DNA from: Terriglobia bacterium
Lineage (GTDB): Bacteria; Acidobacteriota; Terriglobia; 20CM-2-55-15
Direction of reading: 5' to 3'
Assembly: GCA_965218585.1 (NCBI GenBank)
Contig: CBDCLE010000002.1
Span: 160,001-224,000, forward strand
Length of the DNA: 64,000 nt
Numbering within the stretch: position 1 is the first letter of the stretch; each line of letters begins with the position of its first letter. The position numbers were made by a program, and so were the translations under genes. Below the pieces are notes generated by a model that searched no databases, was not told the DNA's origin, and saw only the letters and a program-made list of their open reading frames with translations. Below, one piece after another: positions 1 through 11,880 of this stretch.

Positions 1-88
1 GGTCGGGGAGTCCACCAGATAGGAGATTAAACGTCGTCTTTCCTTTCCGTATCCGGCGTTGATTTGAGAAATCGATTGCCTATGGATG

Positions 89-1820
89 CTATTCGACGCG
101 CTCGGCTCTTTGGTCCCGACCGCCCTGGTGCAAAATGAGTGCCTCGGCCGTTCCTTCCGCGTCCGTTTCAAAAGTGATCTGGGCGTCTACGACCTTGTAA
201 AAGTATTCGTGATCCGACTCCGCAAACACCTCCAGCCTGGGCTGTGTGGCCAATTGTACGAAGAGCTGGTCGTTTTCACGGGTAACAGTGAAGAAGGCGC
301 CGGGTGCGAGTTGGTATCGACCCACATAGCCGTCGAACAGATCGGGATCCACGGCCGTTACTCTGTGTCCAAACCATTCTTCGATGGGATCCGCATCGGT
401 GTCGAGTTTCTGCATGATCTGATCCCGACCGAGCTGGTGCAGAACCACGGCGTTGACCCTCCCCTCGGTATCAGATTCAAACGTGAGCTGTGCGTCCACG
501 ATCCTATAGAAGAAATCTCTCTCTGTTTCGGGATATATCTCGGCGGCCGGCTGACCGGTAAGCTGAGCCGAAAGCTGATCGTCCGCGCGCGTGACGGTCA
601 ACAGTATGTTCTCCGCGAGCTGATATCGACCCACATAGGCGTCGAGAAGTTCCGGGTCGATGTCGATTTCCGTACGTTCCTGCGGCACCTGGAGCAGGGG
701 TGAGTTCGCGGGCAGCAACGGAAATGCTGTATTGATCAAGTGCTGACCTATGTCATCAACGCCTGGTCCGGTCGATCGATTCGTGAGCGCGACAACGCCT
801 ACTCTCGTCGACGGGTCGTAGCCCGCGAACGCGCGATATCCACCAGTGCCTCCGTTGTGCCAGATCGTCTGGCGCCCTTCCTGCGTGCGGACGAGCCAAC
901 CCAGGCCGATCTCTCCCGCCGGGCCTGCGGGCCTCCGCACGGAAGCCATCGCGGCCATCGCCGGGGCGAGATCTGAATCGGTATAGCCCAGATTCGCGGC
1001 AAGAAAAGAAAGCATGTCGTTGGCGGTCGATCGCAGGGCACCCGCACCTTCCAACGTCAAAACTTCCCAGTCGGGCACCGGTTCCAGCCGGCTGTTGTGC
1101 CCCCTAGCCTGCCGTGATCGCAGATCCAGCGACAACGCAATCCTGGTGTCATCCATCCCAAGTGGTTCGGTAATACGTTCCCTGATCATCGTCTCGTAAT
1201 CTTCACCCGCATGTAAGGCGAGGACGTGTCCGAGTAATCCGGCGCCCAGATTCGAATATTCGAATCTGGGCGCCGGGGTCGCGACCCAGTTCGTACTCCA
1301 CCAGGAAATCGTAGAGATCGTCTACCGAATACCTGGCATAGGGGTTGTCGGGGTTCTCCTCGGCTTCCAGGTTCGACGGCACGCGCGGCAGTCCCGAGCT
1401 GTGAGTGGACAGGTGTTCAAGAGAAATCGAACGACCGTTGCGTTCGTGCAACGTCACTTCCAGCGGCAGGAACTGCTCTACTGGATCATCCAAAGCGACC
1501 TCTCCTCGCTCGACCATGTCTGCCAGGACGAGCGAGGTAAACACCTTTGTGATCGATCCAATTTCAAAGACGGTGTCACCGTCCAACGAACGAGCATCAT
1601 CGGTTCCTGCACTGCCGTGCGACACGATCCTGCGGCCCTCGGGCTCGATGATACCGACGACGATACCCACACTGTCCTGCCGGTCTCCGAGGCGTTCAAC
1701 GAGAATCTGGCGGATCTCGTCGCTGGAAAGAACCGACGACTCAGACGCTGATTGTGCGGTGAGAACGAACGAGAACGATACGATCGCGAGTACGCACGTG
1801 ACGAAATCACGTTTCTTCAC
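89..1820 (-). pseudogene. Serine hydrolase (beta-lactamase/PBP class C-like) with two C-terminal DUF3471-like repeats, split by a +1 frameshift near 1265
   Basis: ORFs 1203..1820 (signal peptide, SITK = SxxK) and 89..1189 (HNG motif, two YVGRYQL...VDAQ.TF repeats). Removing one base gives GAQ-FEYSNLGAGLLG, restoring the YxN motif and joining both ORFs. Confidence 0.85.
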
Positions 1821-1980
1821 GGTTCCTCCTGAGCGTGCCTCAATGGCAACTGGGGCGTCGAACCGACTATCTATAGAGAGAAGGTACTTTAGATCTAACT
1901 ACAGGTCGCGATTCGAGGCAAGAAACTAGCCAACGCAGTGACTATCCTACCGTCGTCTACGAAAAATAATCTCGAGAACA

Positions 1981-2008
1981 GGAACTTCCTTCACGGGTCG
2001 GTGTCTAT
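1981..2008 (+). promoter_or_regulatory. Putative sigmaE-type ECF promoter upstream of the TonB-domain gene
   Basis: GGAACTT-N16-TCTAT resembles the RpoE consensus GGAACTT-N16-TCAAA and lies about 35 nt before ATG 2043. Confidence 0.45.
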
Positions 2009-2224
2009 GGATGGAAAGACTCTCTCGAAGGAGTGGAACGATATGCGAAGGCGAACGCTAGCAGTGTATTCCCTGGTTGTGGTTTCTTTCATCTTGCTCG
2101 GCAGCTCAGTAGCTACAGCTCAGTTGCGGGTCGATGCAGGGGAGATGGCCGAGCGGATTACGTATCAGATTCCGCCCCGGTATCCCCTGCAGGCACGGGA
2201 GGCCCGGATTCAAGGCGCGGTTCA

Positions 2225-3567
<1,343 letters not shown>

Positions 3568-3741
3568 GATGACTCCCATCCTCTCAAGAAATGGAGTCTC
3601 CGGAAAACCCGGGGCGGTTCACTGCCAGCTGTGGCCCAATGGCGTTACGATCCGTACCGTGTGGACGGACAGCCCGTAGCAGTCGCCACTACAGTCAACG
3701 TCACTTTCACTTTGAACTAGAAGAGATCGGCGGTTCGCCGG

Positions 3742-4311
3742 CTATTTGAGCCCTAGCTTCTTACCTGCGGCTAGAGTACGCAGTGCTTCATCAAGCCGTC
3801 GAGCCTTCGTTTCCTCTCGCTTGGCCGAGTCGATCCAGCCTATATACGCACGACGGTAAGAAGGTGCCAGTTTTTCGAAATACTGCCAGGCACGCTTGTT
3901 AGAGCGAAACGCTTTTTCGATGTAGGCTGGAATCGACCTCGCAGGTGGTGGCGGCGAGTCGTAGCTTTGACTCGTTGGCGCACGCCTCAGTCCCGGTTCA
4001 GCCAGTAACCCAAGCGTCTTGACGTTGGCGTACCGTTTCCGATTCACTGTCGACCACTTGCTGTCGGCCTTACGCGGCGTGAACTTACGGACATAGCGGA
4101 CATCGTCAATGCGTTTGATGATGCTGTCAATCCAGCCAAAGCAGAGTGCTTCCTCTACAGCATCGTTATAGTCGAGGGATCGGAGGCCTGTGCTGCGCTT
4201 GTTGAAGACAAGCCAGATTTCCGGTTCGGAAGCGTGGTGCTTGCTCAACCAGTTGCGCCACGCTCTGCGGGTCTTTACCTCGAGTTTCTTGATGACCCCC
4301 TTTGACACCAA
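3742..4311 (-). CDS. YdeI/OmpD-associated family protein
   Basis: WRNWL...EIWLVF...AVEEALCFGWIDS...FTPRK..SKWS..N; C-terminal WIDSAKREETKARRL. Confidence 0.88.
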   Translation of the reverse strand: MVSKGVIKKLEVKTRRAWRNWLSKHHASEPEIWLVFNKRSTGLRSLDYNDAVEEALCFGWIDSIIKRIDDVRYVRKFTPRKADSKWSTVNRKRYANVKTLGLLAEPGLRRAPTSQSYDSPPPPARSIPAYIEKAFRSNKRAWQYFEKLAPSYRRAYIGWIDSAKREETKARRLDEALRTLAAGKKLGLK

Positions 4312-4335
4312 TTCTACGCCTCCAGGAAACCAGCC

Positions 4336-4923
4336 TTATAAACTCAAGTTCTTCACAACGCCCCTCAGCATGCCGGCCTGGCCAAGGTGCATCAGGGTGT
4401 GGTTGAGACCCCACCAGAGGAGTGCTGATTCCCGCGATCGGCCTGGAATGAATTGCTCTGCGTCTGAACTACAGACACCCGCCTCAACTGCCAGACGAAC
4501 GTCGGACACGTCGACCCCAGCATCCCACTTGTCGGGCCACAGGTCTTTGACCATCTCTCGTGTTCGGGTTCCTACCTCATCGCGATAATCCCAGAGCGCC
4601 GGCAGGTTAATCTCTTCGGAAAGGTTTCTCACTTCATCCTTTGAGGTGCTCACGTCCCGTCTGGACACATTCAACCGATCACTCCAGTTTTCCTCGTTAA
4701 ACAACTGCCCTCGACTCATCACGACACAACTGACGTAGCCGTCCTCGACTCTCGCTATATGCCAAAACAACCATGCGAACGAATTCATCCCATGCGGTTG
4801 CACTCGCAGTTGGGCCTCTGTCATTCCTTGGAGTAAGTAATCAATGTTGAAGGGGTCCGCCCGAGCCACGGCTTCGGTGTGTACGAACGCATGGTCGCGC
4901 AAGAAGCGCTCAATCGGCGTCAT
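4336..4923 (-). CDS. DinB/YfiT-like family protein
   Basis: NSFAWLFWHIARVED and NHTLMHLGQ His motifs. Confidence 0.75.
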   Translation of the reverse strand: MTPIERFLRDHAFVHTEAVARADPFNIDYLLQGMTEAQLRVQPHGMNSFAWLFWHIARVEDGYVSCVVMSRGQLFNEENWSDRLNVSRRDVSTSKDEVRNLSEEINLPALWDYRDEVGTRTREMVKDLWPDKWDAGVDVSDVRLAVEAGVCSSDAEQFIPGRSRESALLWWGLNHTLMHLGQAGMLRGVVKNLSL

Positions 4924-4996
4924 TAAGACTCCCTACGAGGACCGCTCGTACTCTTCGGTCGGTATTTTGGCATCAATCTGTGTGTTCCGACTCGAT

Positions 4997-5799
4997 TCAT
5001 CTAAAGATCTTTAGAAGCCAATCGACGACTCGAGGTTTGCCGCAAATCATGTTGTAGGCCAACCTCCCATCAGCCAACTTCTGGGTGCCCGTGATAACGA
5101 ACCTACCTCCGGCCTCCTCTATAAGCAACTGCGTGGCCGCAAAGTCCCAATAGTTCAGATAGTAGTCGACCATCGACCGACCGAACCCTTGACCGCAAGC
5201 GTGTGACCGAAGCAACCGCGAATTGTTCTGACGAGGGGGTGACTGTCCAGCAGCAGTTTGAATTTGCCAATAGAGTTCGCCAGTCTGAAGGCGTAGATGT
5301 CTCCAGTGGCGACCATTTCATCTTTAACCTGTTTCGCCTCGATGTCCTTTATGACAACTCTCGAGCCGTTGCAGTGCGCCCCACCACCTGAAACCGCGTG
5401 ATAGAGCAGGTTCAAACTCGGATGATTTATGACAGATACGATCGGCCGATCCTTGTGACACATAAAAATGATCGTTCCGTAGGAGGGAAACCCGAACGTA
5501 AAGTCCAACGTTCCATCTATGGGATCTATCCACCATCTGTAATCAGAGTCCTTGCTGCTCCTACCCAATTCCTCGCCTGTCACATCGTGCTCGGGAAAGG
5601 CCTGCTTGATGTCTGCTCGAATCATTTCCTCTACACCAGTATCCACGTTCGTAACGAAGGATCCGTCGTCTTTCGTCTTCGTTTGGAAACCGCAGACGAC
5701 CTCCTTCCTGATAAACGAGTCGGTTTTGCGAGCAGCAGACAGGGCTACCTTTAGGAAGCTTTCTTTTTCTTTGCGGGAAGGACCCATTGTCCCTTTCAC
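4997..5799 (-). pseudogene. Inositol monophosphatase / histidinol-phosphatase family, frameshifted near 5175
   Basis: GEE and WWIDPIDGT in ORF 5155..5799; WDFAATQLLIEEAGG in ORF 4997..5215; one base missing at GSVG-(x)MVDY. Confidence 0.85.
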
Positions 5800-6599
5800 G
5801 GCAGAAAACGGATCTCAAACAAACTCGGCCACAGCTTTCCTGTCACGAAGACGCGGTCGGTCTCCTCGTCATAAGCGATTCCGTTCAGGACACCGTCGGG
5901 GTCAGCCATCTCTACTTGTCCGACGATGTCAGACAAGTCCAGTCGACCCACGACCTGTCCCGTCTCCGGGGAGATCTTCAGGATCTGGTTCGTGTACCAG
6001 ACGTTCGCGTAGACATGGTCTCCTATGTACTCAAGCTCATTCAATTGACGGATCGGCCCGTTGGCATCCGTCACTTCTATCTGACGCGTCAACTCGAGAG
6101 AATCCGGGTCCAGAAAGTACAGGTACGCTGAGCCATCGCTCATGATCAGGTGCGTTCCGTCCTCGGTAAGACCCCAGCCTTCACGTGAATAACTGAACTG
6201 CGCCCGAACCTCGAACGATTCCTTGTCGTATATGAAACCCGTTCGCGAAGTCCACGTCAGTTGGTAGATCCGGTCGCCAAACGCCACAATACCTTCACCA
6301 AAGAACTGCGATGGTAGGACAGCCTCCTGCAAAACCGTTCCGGTCTGGAGGTCTACCCTGCGCAAGTATGATTGGCCGTTGCGTCCTGTACCCTCAAACA
6401 GAAATCCGTTCTCGAAATACAGGCCCTGGGTGTACGCGTTGGGATCGTGAGGATAGACCGCAACGACCTCATGACGAATAACATCAGTACTTTCCTGACG
6501 GCGCGAGAAAACGATCGTAGCCGAGAGCAATATCGCCAAGCCGCCTGACAACCACAGCAACCGCCGCCCTGAACGAGCTTTTCTTGTGCGTCGCGTCAT
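5796..6599 (-). CDS. Glutaminyl-peptide cyclotransferase (glutamine cyclotransferase)
   Basis: YPHDPNAYTQGL, FFGEGI, EGWGLT, LNELEY, VLNGIAY, VTGKLWP; likely start MTRRTRK at 6599. Confidence 0.92.
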   Translation of the reverse strand: MTRRTRKARSGRRLLWLSGGLAILLSATIVFSRRQESTDVIRHEVVAVYPHDPNAYTQGLYFENGFLFEGTGRNGQSYLRRVDLQTGTVLQEAVLPSQFFGEGIVAFGDRIYQLTWTSRTGFIYDKESFEVRAQFSYSREGWGLTEDGTHLIMSDGSAYLYFLDPDSLELTRQIEVTDANGPIRQLNELEYIGDHVYANVWYTNQILKISPETGQVVGRLDLSDIVGQVEMADPDGVLNGIAYDEETDRVFVTGKLWPSLFEIRFLP

Positions 6600-6624
6600 G
6601 TCCTTATCGCGATCAACGTCATCG

Positions 6625-6987
6625 TCAATCTTCGTCTTCCAGGTCCCATTCTCCACTATCCGCTCTTTCGAGCAGATCGCGAGCGTCGGTTTCGAACTCG
6701 CGAGGTACCAGGACCTCTGTCCCCTGGTGTCCACCGTAGATCTTCTGGAGTGTATCGGCGCGAACTTCGGCCGGAATCCCATTGGCCTGAAGAAACGCGC
6801 AGATCTGCTGCAGTTCAAAAGATGAGAGAGCGTCCGAAACAGTGACGTAGTCGGAATACTCGGGTTCCGGGCCTTCCTCGGACTCGACCGGTGCAATCGC
6901 AGGAAGATGGTCGACTAATTCGACCCCGCAATCGGCACATCGAACGAACCCGGGACGGTACTCAGATCTACATTCAGGACAATACAT
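6625..6987 (-). CDS. Zinc-ribbon plus DUF2007-like small signal-transducing protein
   Basis: MYCPECRSEYRPGFVRCADCGVELV followed by ...FLQANGIPA...EVLVP. Confidence 0.72.
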   Translation of the reverse strand: MYCPECRSEYRPGFVRCADCGVELVDHLPAIAPVESEEGPEPEYSDYVTVSDALSSFELQQICAFLQANGIPAEVRADTLQKIYGGHQGTEVLVPREFETDARDLLERADSGEWDLEDED

Positions 6988-7042
6988 CCATGTCTCCGTG
7001 GCCTGGCCTGACTTTCCGCTTAGATCTTATCGCGCTTGCGGA

Positions 7043-7911
7043 GAGGTCGTTCCAATCGGTGTGTAAAAAGAGAAGGCGGTGTACGCTTTCGGTGAATTCG
7101 AAACCGTAAGCAATCCCGGCAGCAATCGGGAGAAAGGTACACCACCCATGAAGAAGAAGAACATACCGGCATCAGTGGCGTCAACGAACGCGTATGAAGG
7201 TTTGGAGGACTGGTCGGAGCCTTGTCAGACGGGCGCAAAGTGGTGTTGGCCTGTGAGAGCGGGCAGCGGGAAAGCAAGGAGTCCTGGAGCCGCATTCTGC
7301 GCAATCTCCAGAGACGGGGCCTGAAGCTGGGACGGCTGACTGTCGCGGACGGTCACCTGGGCATCTGGTCCGCGCTGGCCGAGCAACAGCCCCAGGGCCA
7401 GGAACAGCGCTGCTGGAACCACAAGTCGATCAACGTGGTCGATCATCTGCCGAAGACCGAGCAGCCCGCGGCCAGACAGCTGCTTCATGGGATGGCCTTC
7501 GCGAACTCCCGCGCGGCCTGCGAACGAAAGCGGGATCAGTTCGTCCGCCGATATGAGAAGAACTATCCCAAAGCGGGTGAGACGCTGTTGCGGGACTGGG
7601 ACCGGATGATTACTTTCTATGAGTTCCCGAAACAACACTGGGTGCATCTGAGAACGACCAACATCGTCGAATCGCCCTTCGACATGGTTCGCCTCCGTAC
7701 CAACGCCGCTCGCCGATTCAAGCGTGTCGAGAATGCAACGGCAATGATCTGGAAGCTACTACGTGTCGCTGAGAAGGCTTGGCGACACTTAAAAGGATCC
7801 GAACTCTTACAAGAGGTCTATGATGGTCAGCAATTCGCTGACGGCATCAGAGTCGTGATGAAATCGAAGGCCGCCGCCTGATGACTTTTACACACCTTTT
7901 GTAATGACCTC
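7043..7911 (+). mobile_element. IS256-family element, internally deleted copy (869 bp), 8-bp target duplication CTTGCGGA
   Basis: Ends GAGGTCGTTCC.../...TGTAATGACCTC match the copy at 19955-21319; TSD at 7035-7042 and 7912-7919; about 496 bp of transposase missing at ~7213. Confidence 0.95.
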
Positions 7912-8325
7912 CTTGCGGATTATTTCACGGCGCTCGAACTGTACCGCTGATTTCGGCGGATCTCGCCATCGCATCGCAGCGGCAATGGCGGGCGGAACCA
8001 AAATGACCTGAGGTTGGGCTTCGTATCCACCGTGTTCGTGGTCGATACATTCGTCCCCGAACGCTATGTGACCCCGGTCAAGATCAAAAGGCGAAGTCTC
8101 GATCGGCTCACCGGTCTCGTCCTGAACCGTAAACCAGCACAGGTAATCATTCTCACCGATGATCTCTCGAAAGATTATTTCGAGCCGCATGCCTTCCCGG
8201 TCAAGGGTTTCGAGGGCCTCATCAACCCTGTCGTTGATCATTTTCAGCCATTCGTCCACACGAGCGGACTTCCCTTCTTTGATGCGGAGTCGGGTGAGTT
8301 CTACTTTCAAGGAATTTTCCTGCAA
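7888..8325 (-). CDS. DUF6176-like hypothetical protein; last codons supplied by the IS256 end
   Basis: VELTRLRIKEGKSARVDEWL...ETLDREGM. The original tail RDKI* lies beyond the IS at 7020-7034. Confidence 0.68.
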   Translation of the reverse strand: MQENSLKVELTRLRIKEGKSARVDEWLKMINDRVDEALETLDREGMRLEIIFREIIGENDYLCWFTVQDETGEPIETSPFDLDRGHIAFGDECIDHEHGGYEAQPQVILVPPAIAAAMRWRDPPKSAVQFERREIIRKEVITKGV

Positions 8326-8480
8326 ATATTACTGTCCCTACGGAACAAGAATTTGATAGAGCTTATGGAAGGCGGGGACAGGGGTCAATTAATTAGGCGA
8401 AATCGCTTCGGAACACTAGTCTCTGTTAGGTCAAGCACCGCCACCTCACATAAGCTGGTCGTGGCCAGAACGGATGCGCG

Positions 8481-8753
8481 ATGAATGAAGCAGCAGCACC
8501 TTCGAAAAAAAAGACCGTTGAAGTGTTCAGCGGAGGATGCCACCTCTGCCAACAGGCCGTGCATTTGGTGAGGAAAGTCGCCGGCGATTCCTTTGACGTG
8601 CAAGTACGGGACATCCACGATCCCGAACACGCCGCTGCGGCTGAGGGTTACGGAGTCGAAAGATTTCCGGCCGTAGCACTGGATGGAAAGCTGACCGACT
8701 GCACGATTGGCATGACCGAAGAATCACTCCGGTCTGCCGGCGTCGGAACCTAG
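8481..8753 (+). CDS. Small thioredoxin/glutaredoxin-like protein
   Basis: VEVFSGGCHLC (CxxC), YGVERFPAVALDGKL. Confidence 0.8.
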   Translation: MNEAAAPSKKKTVEVFSGGCHLCQQAVHLVRKVAGDSFDVQVRDIHDPEHAAAAEGYGVERFPAVALDGKLTDCTIGMTEESLRSAGVGT

Positions 8754-8775
8754 GACCACTCGTCCAGGTGCGCCG

Positions 8776-9258
8776 CTATTCCGGATTCGGATCGGGATCG
8801 ACCTCCGTGGTCGTCACCGGGCCCATCCCAATGATCTGGACGACAACGGCTTCGTCCTTGGCGCCATCGTAGTGAATGCCACCGGCCGGGTGCTTCACGA
8901 AACTGCCGGCCTCCATCGGAACCATTTTCTCCGGATCGTAAACCTTGGCGTCCTCCCCGAGCGCAACCCACCAGGTCCCCTCAATCACGGTGACGTATCG
9001 ATCCTCGCTGTGAAAATGCGGTCGAGTGTTGACGCCCGGGGGGAACGTGTTCCGGACAACATAGACACCAGGCTCGTCGACACCACCCGTGATCCAGACC
9101 CGGCTGATCCCATCTCCCTGTTCGGGCCTTATGACGTCGGGCTGAAGAGCAATAAACCCGGCGTCGGTCTCTCCCGACTGAGCAAGACCCCACAGCCACG
9201 GGCCCATCACCAGAAAGGCTCCCAGAACCAGTGCCACGGGCTTTCCACTCATACGCAT
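8776..9258 (-). CDS. Exported cupin-domain protein
   Basis: Signal-like N-terminus; PHFHSEDRYVTVIEG and HPAGGIHY cupin motifs. Confidence 0.8.
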   Translation of the reverse strand: MRMSGKPVALVLGAFLVMGPWLWGLAQSGETDAGFIALQPDVIRPEQGDGISRVWITGGVDEPGVYVVRNTFPPGVNTRPHFHSEDRYVTVIEGTWWVALGEDAKVYDPEKMVPMEAGSFVKHPAGGIHYDGAKDEAVVVQIIGMGPVTTTEVDPDPNPE

Positions 9259-9477
9259 CGCGCTACCCCCAATCCTTCGATTTCGCGCTGTCCGCCGGAA
9301 ATCGGGGAAATCATATAAGACGCAGGGGTTGGCGTCAAAGCCATGATGGGCCCTCACGTCTGTTCCGCTGCGGTCATAGCAGGTGCCCACATCTGGGTTG
9401 AACTTCGAACCCGTGATCGCTAGAGTGTTGCCCTCAAGCCAAGACGACATCCGCATTCCAGATGGAGGAAATGAGCA

Positions 9478-10149
9478 ATGGGAGAGATGATCGAACTCAA
9501 AACCGAAGACGGCCAGACTGTTTCGGCTTATCGGGCAGACCCAGAGGGCGAACCCCGCGGTGGACTGGTGCTGATACAGGAAATATGGGGCGTCAACAGT
9601 CATATCCGCAACGTGGCCGATGGTTATGCCGCCGAGGGCTACGTCGTAATCGCGCCCGCGCTGTTTGATCGTGTCGAACCCGGCGTCAGGCTCGATGAGT
9701 ACACCCAGGAGACGATGCAGGAAGGCTTTGGCTACATGCAGAAGGTCGACATCGACAACGCCCTACTGGACGTCCGCGCTGCAAGAGACATCGCCTCCAG
9801 TGCAGGGAAAGTAGGTGTCGTGGGTTTTTGCTTTGGGGGACGAGTCGCGTGGCTGTCCGCCTCACGCGTCGACGGAATCGCCGCGGCCGTTCCCTATTAC
9901 GGCGGGGGTGTCCCGGATCTGGCGGCTGAACAGCCCAAGTGCCCGGTCGTCCTGCATTTCGGTGAGCAGGATGAGCACATACCTGTTGCTTCAGTCGAGG
10001 AGTTCAAGAAGGTCCATCCGTCTCTTCCCGTGCACCTCTACGACGCCGACCACGGATTCAATTGCGACCAGCGCGCTTCCTACAACGAGGCCGCAGCCAA
10101 GCTGGCGCGAGAACGCACACTGGAACTACTGCATCAGCATGTCGGGTAA
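9478..10149 (+). CDS. Dienelactone hydrolase family protein
   Basis: QEIWGVN, GFCFGG, HFGEQD, HGFNCD; RBS GGAGG upstream. Confidence 0.93.
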   Translation: MGEMIELKTEDGQTVSAYRADPEGEPRGGLVLIQEIWGVNSHIRNVADGYAAEGYVVIAPALFDRVEPGVRLDEYTQETMQEGFGYMQKVDIDNALLDVRAARDIASSAGKVGVVGFCFGGRVAWLSASRVDGIAAAVPYYGGGVPDLAAEQPKCPVVLHFGEQDEHIPVASVEEFKKVHPSLPVHLYDADHGFNCDQRASYNEAAAKLARERTLELLHQHVG

Positions 10150-10205
10150 ATCTCCGATAGCGCGAACTCGCCCTACACCTGGCAGGACAGAGACCTAACT
10201 GATTC

Positions 10206-11162
10206 ATGTCACCTTCTCGCCGTGCCTGGTTGCAGATTCACTTCTGCGTCGTTCTATGGGGATTCACCGCAATCCTGGGCAAAGTGATCACGCTGTCAGC
10301 GTTGCCTCTGGTCTGGTGGCGCATGACGCTGGTAGCGGTCGCATTGATGTTCGTCGGACGATTCTGGAGAGGCCTTGCCAGACTATCACCTCGACTGATC
10401 GCCATATATGCGGGTATTGGCACGATCGTTGCGATGCACTGGCTCACGTTCTATGGCTCGATCAAGCTGTCGAACGCTTCCGTTGCTGCGACGTGTATGG
10501 CCCTGGCACCCATGTTCATTGCATTCGTCGAACCGATCGTCGTCGGGAAGCGGTTCGAGGTGCGTGACCTGCTCTTTGGACTTGCGGTCATCCCGGGAGT
10601 CGCCCTCGTCGTTGGCGGCACGCCGACAGGGATGCGGACCGGTATCCTGGTTGGGGTGTTATCTGCGTTCTTTGTGGCAGTCTTCGCGGCCCTCAACAAG
10701 CGTTTCGTGGAAGGAGGCGCTGCCTTGAGCATCACCGGGCTTGAAATGGGAGCTGGAGCTGCTTTCCTGACGATTGCGGCGCCTCTGTTACCGATGGTCG
10801 ACTCGGTTTTCGTCATGCCCAACCGGCAAGACGCTGTACTCCTGTTCGTGCTCGCCATGGTATGTACGCTACTGCCCTTTGCACTTTCGCTGGTCGCACT
10901 CCGGCATCTTTCGGCCTTCTCGACCACGCTCGCAGTCAACATGGAACCCGTATATGCGATCCTGCTGGCCATCATCCTTCTGGGTGAACAGAGGGAACTG
11001 AGCCCCATCTTCTATGCAGGCGTCGCGATCATTCTCCTGATCGTCTTTGGTCATCCACTCGTTACACGCAGTCAGAGGGCGGTGTTCGCGGACCTTACTG
11101 TTTCGGTAAGTGGCAGCGAAGCCACGATCGAAGACGATCGCAGTCGGGGGAGTTCGATCTGA
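10206..11162 (+). CDS. DMT/EamA family transporter
   Basis: About 10 hydrophobic segments; LWGFTAILGK, NMEPVYAI. Confidence 0.88.
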   Translation: MSPSRRAWLQIHFCVVLWGFTAILGKVITLSALPLVWWRMTLVAVALMFVGRFWRGLARLSPRLIAIYAGIGTIVAMHWLTFYGSIKLSNASVAATCMALAPMFIAFVEPIVVGKRFEVRDLLFGLAVIPGVALVVGGTPTGMRTGILVGVLSAFFVAVFAALNKRFVEGGAALSITGLEMGAGAAFLTIAAPLLPMVDSVFVMPNRQDAVLLFVLAMVCTLLPFALSLVALRHLSAFSTTLAVNMEPVYAILLAIILLGEQRELSPIFYAGVAIILLIVFGHPLVTRSQRAVFADLTVSVSGSEATIEDDRSRGSSI

Positions 11163-11170
11163 AGGAATGG

Positions 11171-11650
11171 TCAGTCGTCGTCGAATAACAGAACTTGCTC
11201 ATCAGGCATCCCAGCCGCCCAATCCGGCGACCATTCCCTGAATCCAAGAGATTCAAAGAAACGGGCGGCAAGTTCGTTGCTCCTGAGATGGCTTGTACTG
11301 ATAACGTTCACGTCGGGATTCGAACGCAGTTTTCGAATGATTGCACGCACAGCGGCGGTGCCATACCCTCTTCGCTGATACCGCTCATCGATCATAATTC
11401 GCGTTATGAAGCCGACAGCCTCAGAGATCTCATACATCGTGAAGCCCACCATCCTGGGGTTGTTATCCACGGCTTCATAGACGGCAAACGGATGCACCGT
11501 GTATCTGTGGACATAGGCCTCGGCCAGTGAAGTAGCGTTTGGAGCCACCATGCCGTGCTGAGATCTAGCCACGTCCAGGGCGAGGCATTCCCTCAGGTTC
11601 TTTGGCGTTATGTCTTTCAAAGTGACTTTCATCGCAAATTCAGTCTTCAT
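11171..11650 (-). CDS. GNAT N-acetyltransferase (spermidine acetyltransferase-like)
   Basis: RIMIDERYQRRGYG motif A; N..A..FFESLGF. Confidence 0.85.
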   Translation of the reverse strand: MKTEFAMKVTLKDITPKNLRECLALDVARSQHGMVAPNATSLAEAYVHRYTVHPFAVYEAVDNNPRMVGFTMYEISEAVGFITRIMIDERYQRRGYGTAAVRAIIRKLRSNPDVNVISTSHLRSNELAARFFESLGFREWSPDWAAGMPDEQVLLFDDD

Positions 11651-11880
11651 AATTGGTTATCTCCGGTCGGTTCCCCATGGCACAGAGCTGTCCCCAATTA
11701 AATAAGACGTAACCTAGGTCGCTGTACGTGCTGACGCTCGCCGATTAACTCAGCTATTCCCTCCTGGGTCAAAATGCCTGACACTTCCGGGCACTTTTCT
11801 TTGCCTCTCTCTTTCGGGTTCTATATGATTCGGCTCAGTTTCAAAGCGGATACTCTCATCACTTGGAGAACAGACTGCGC

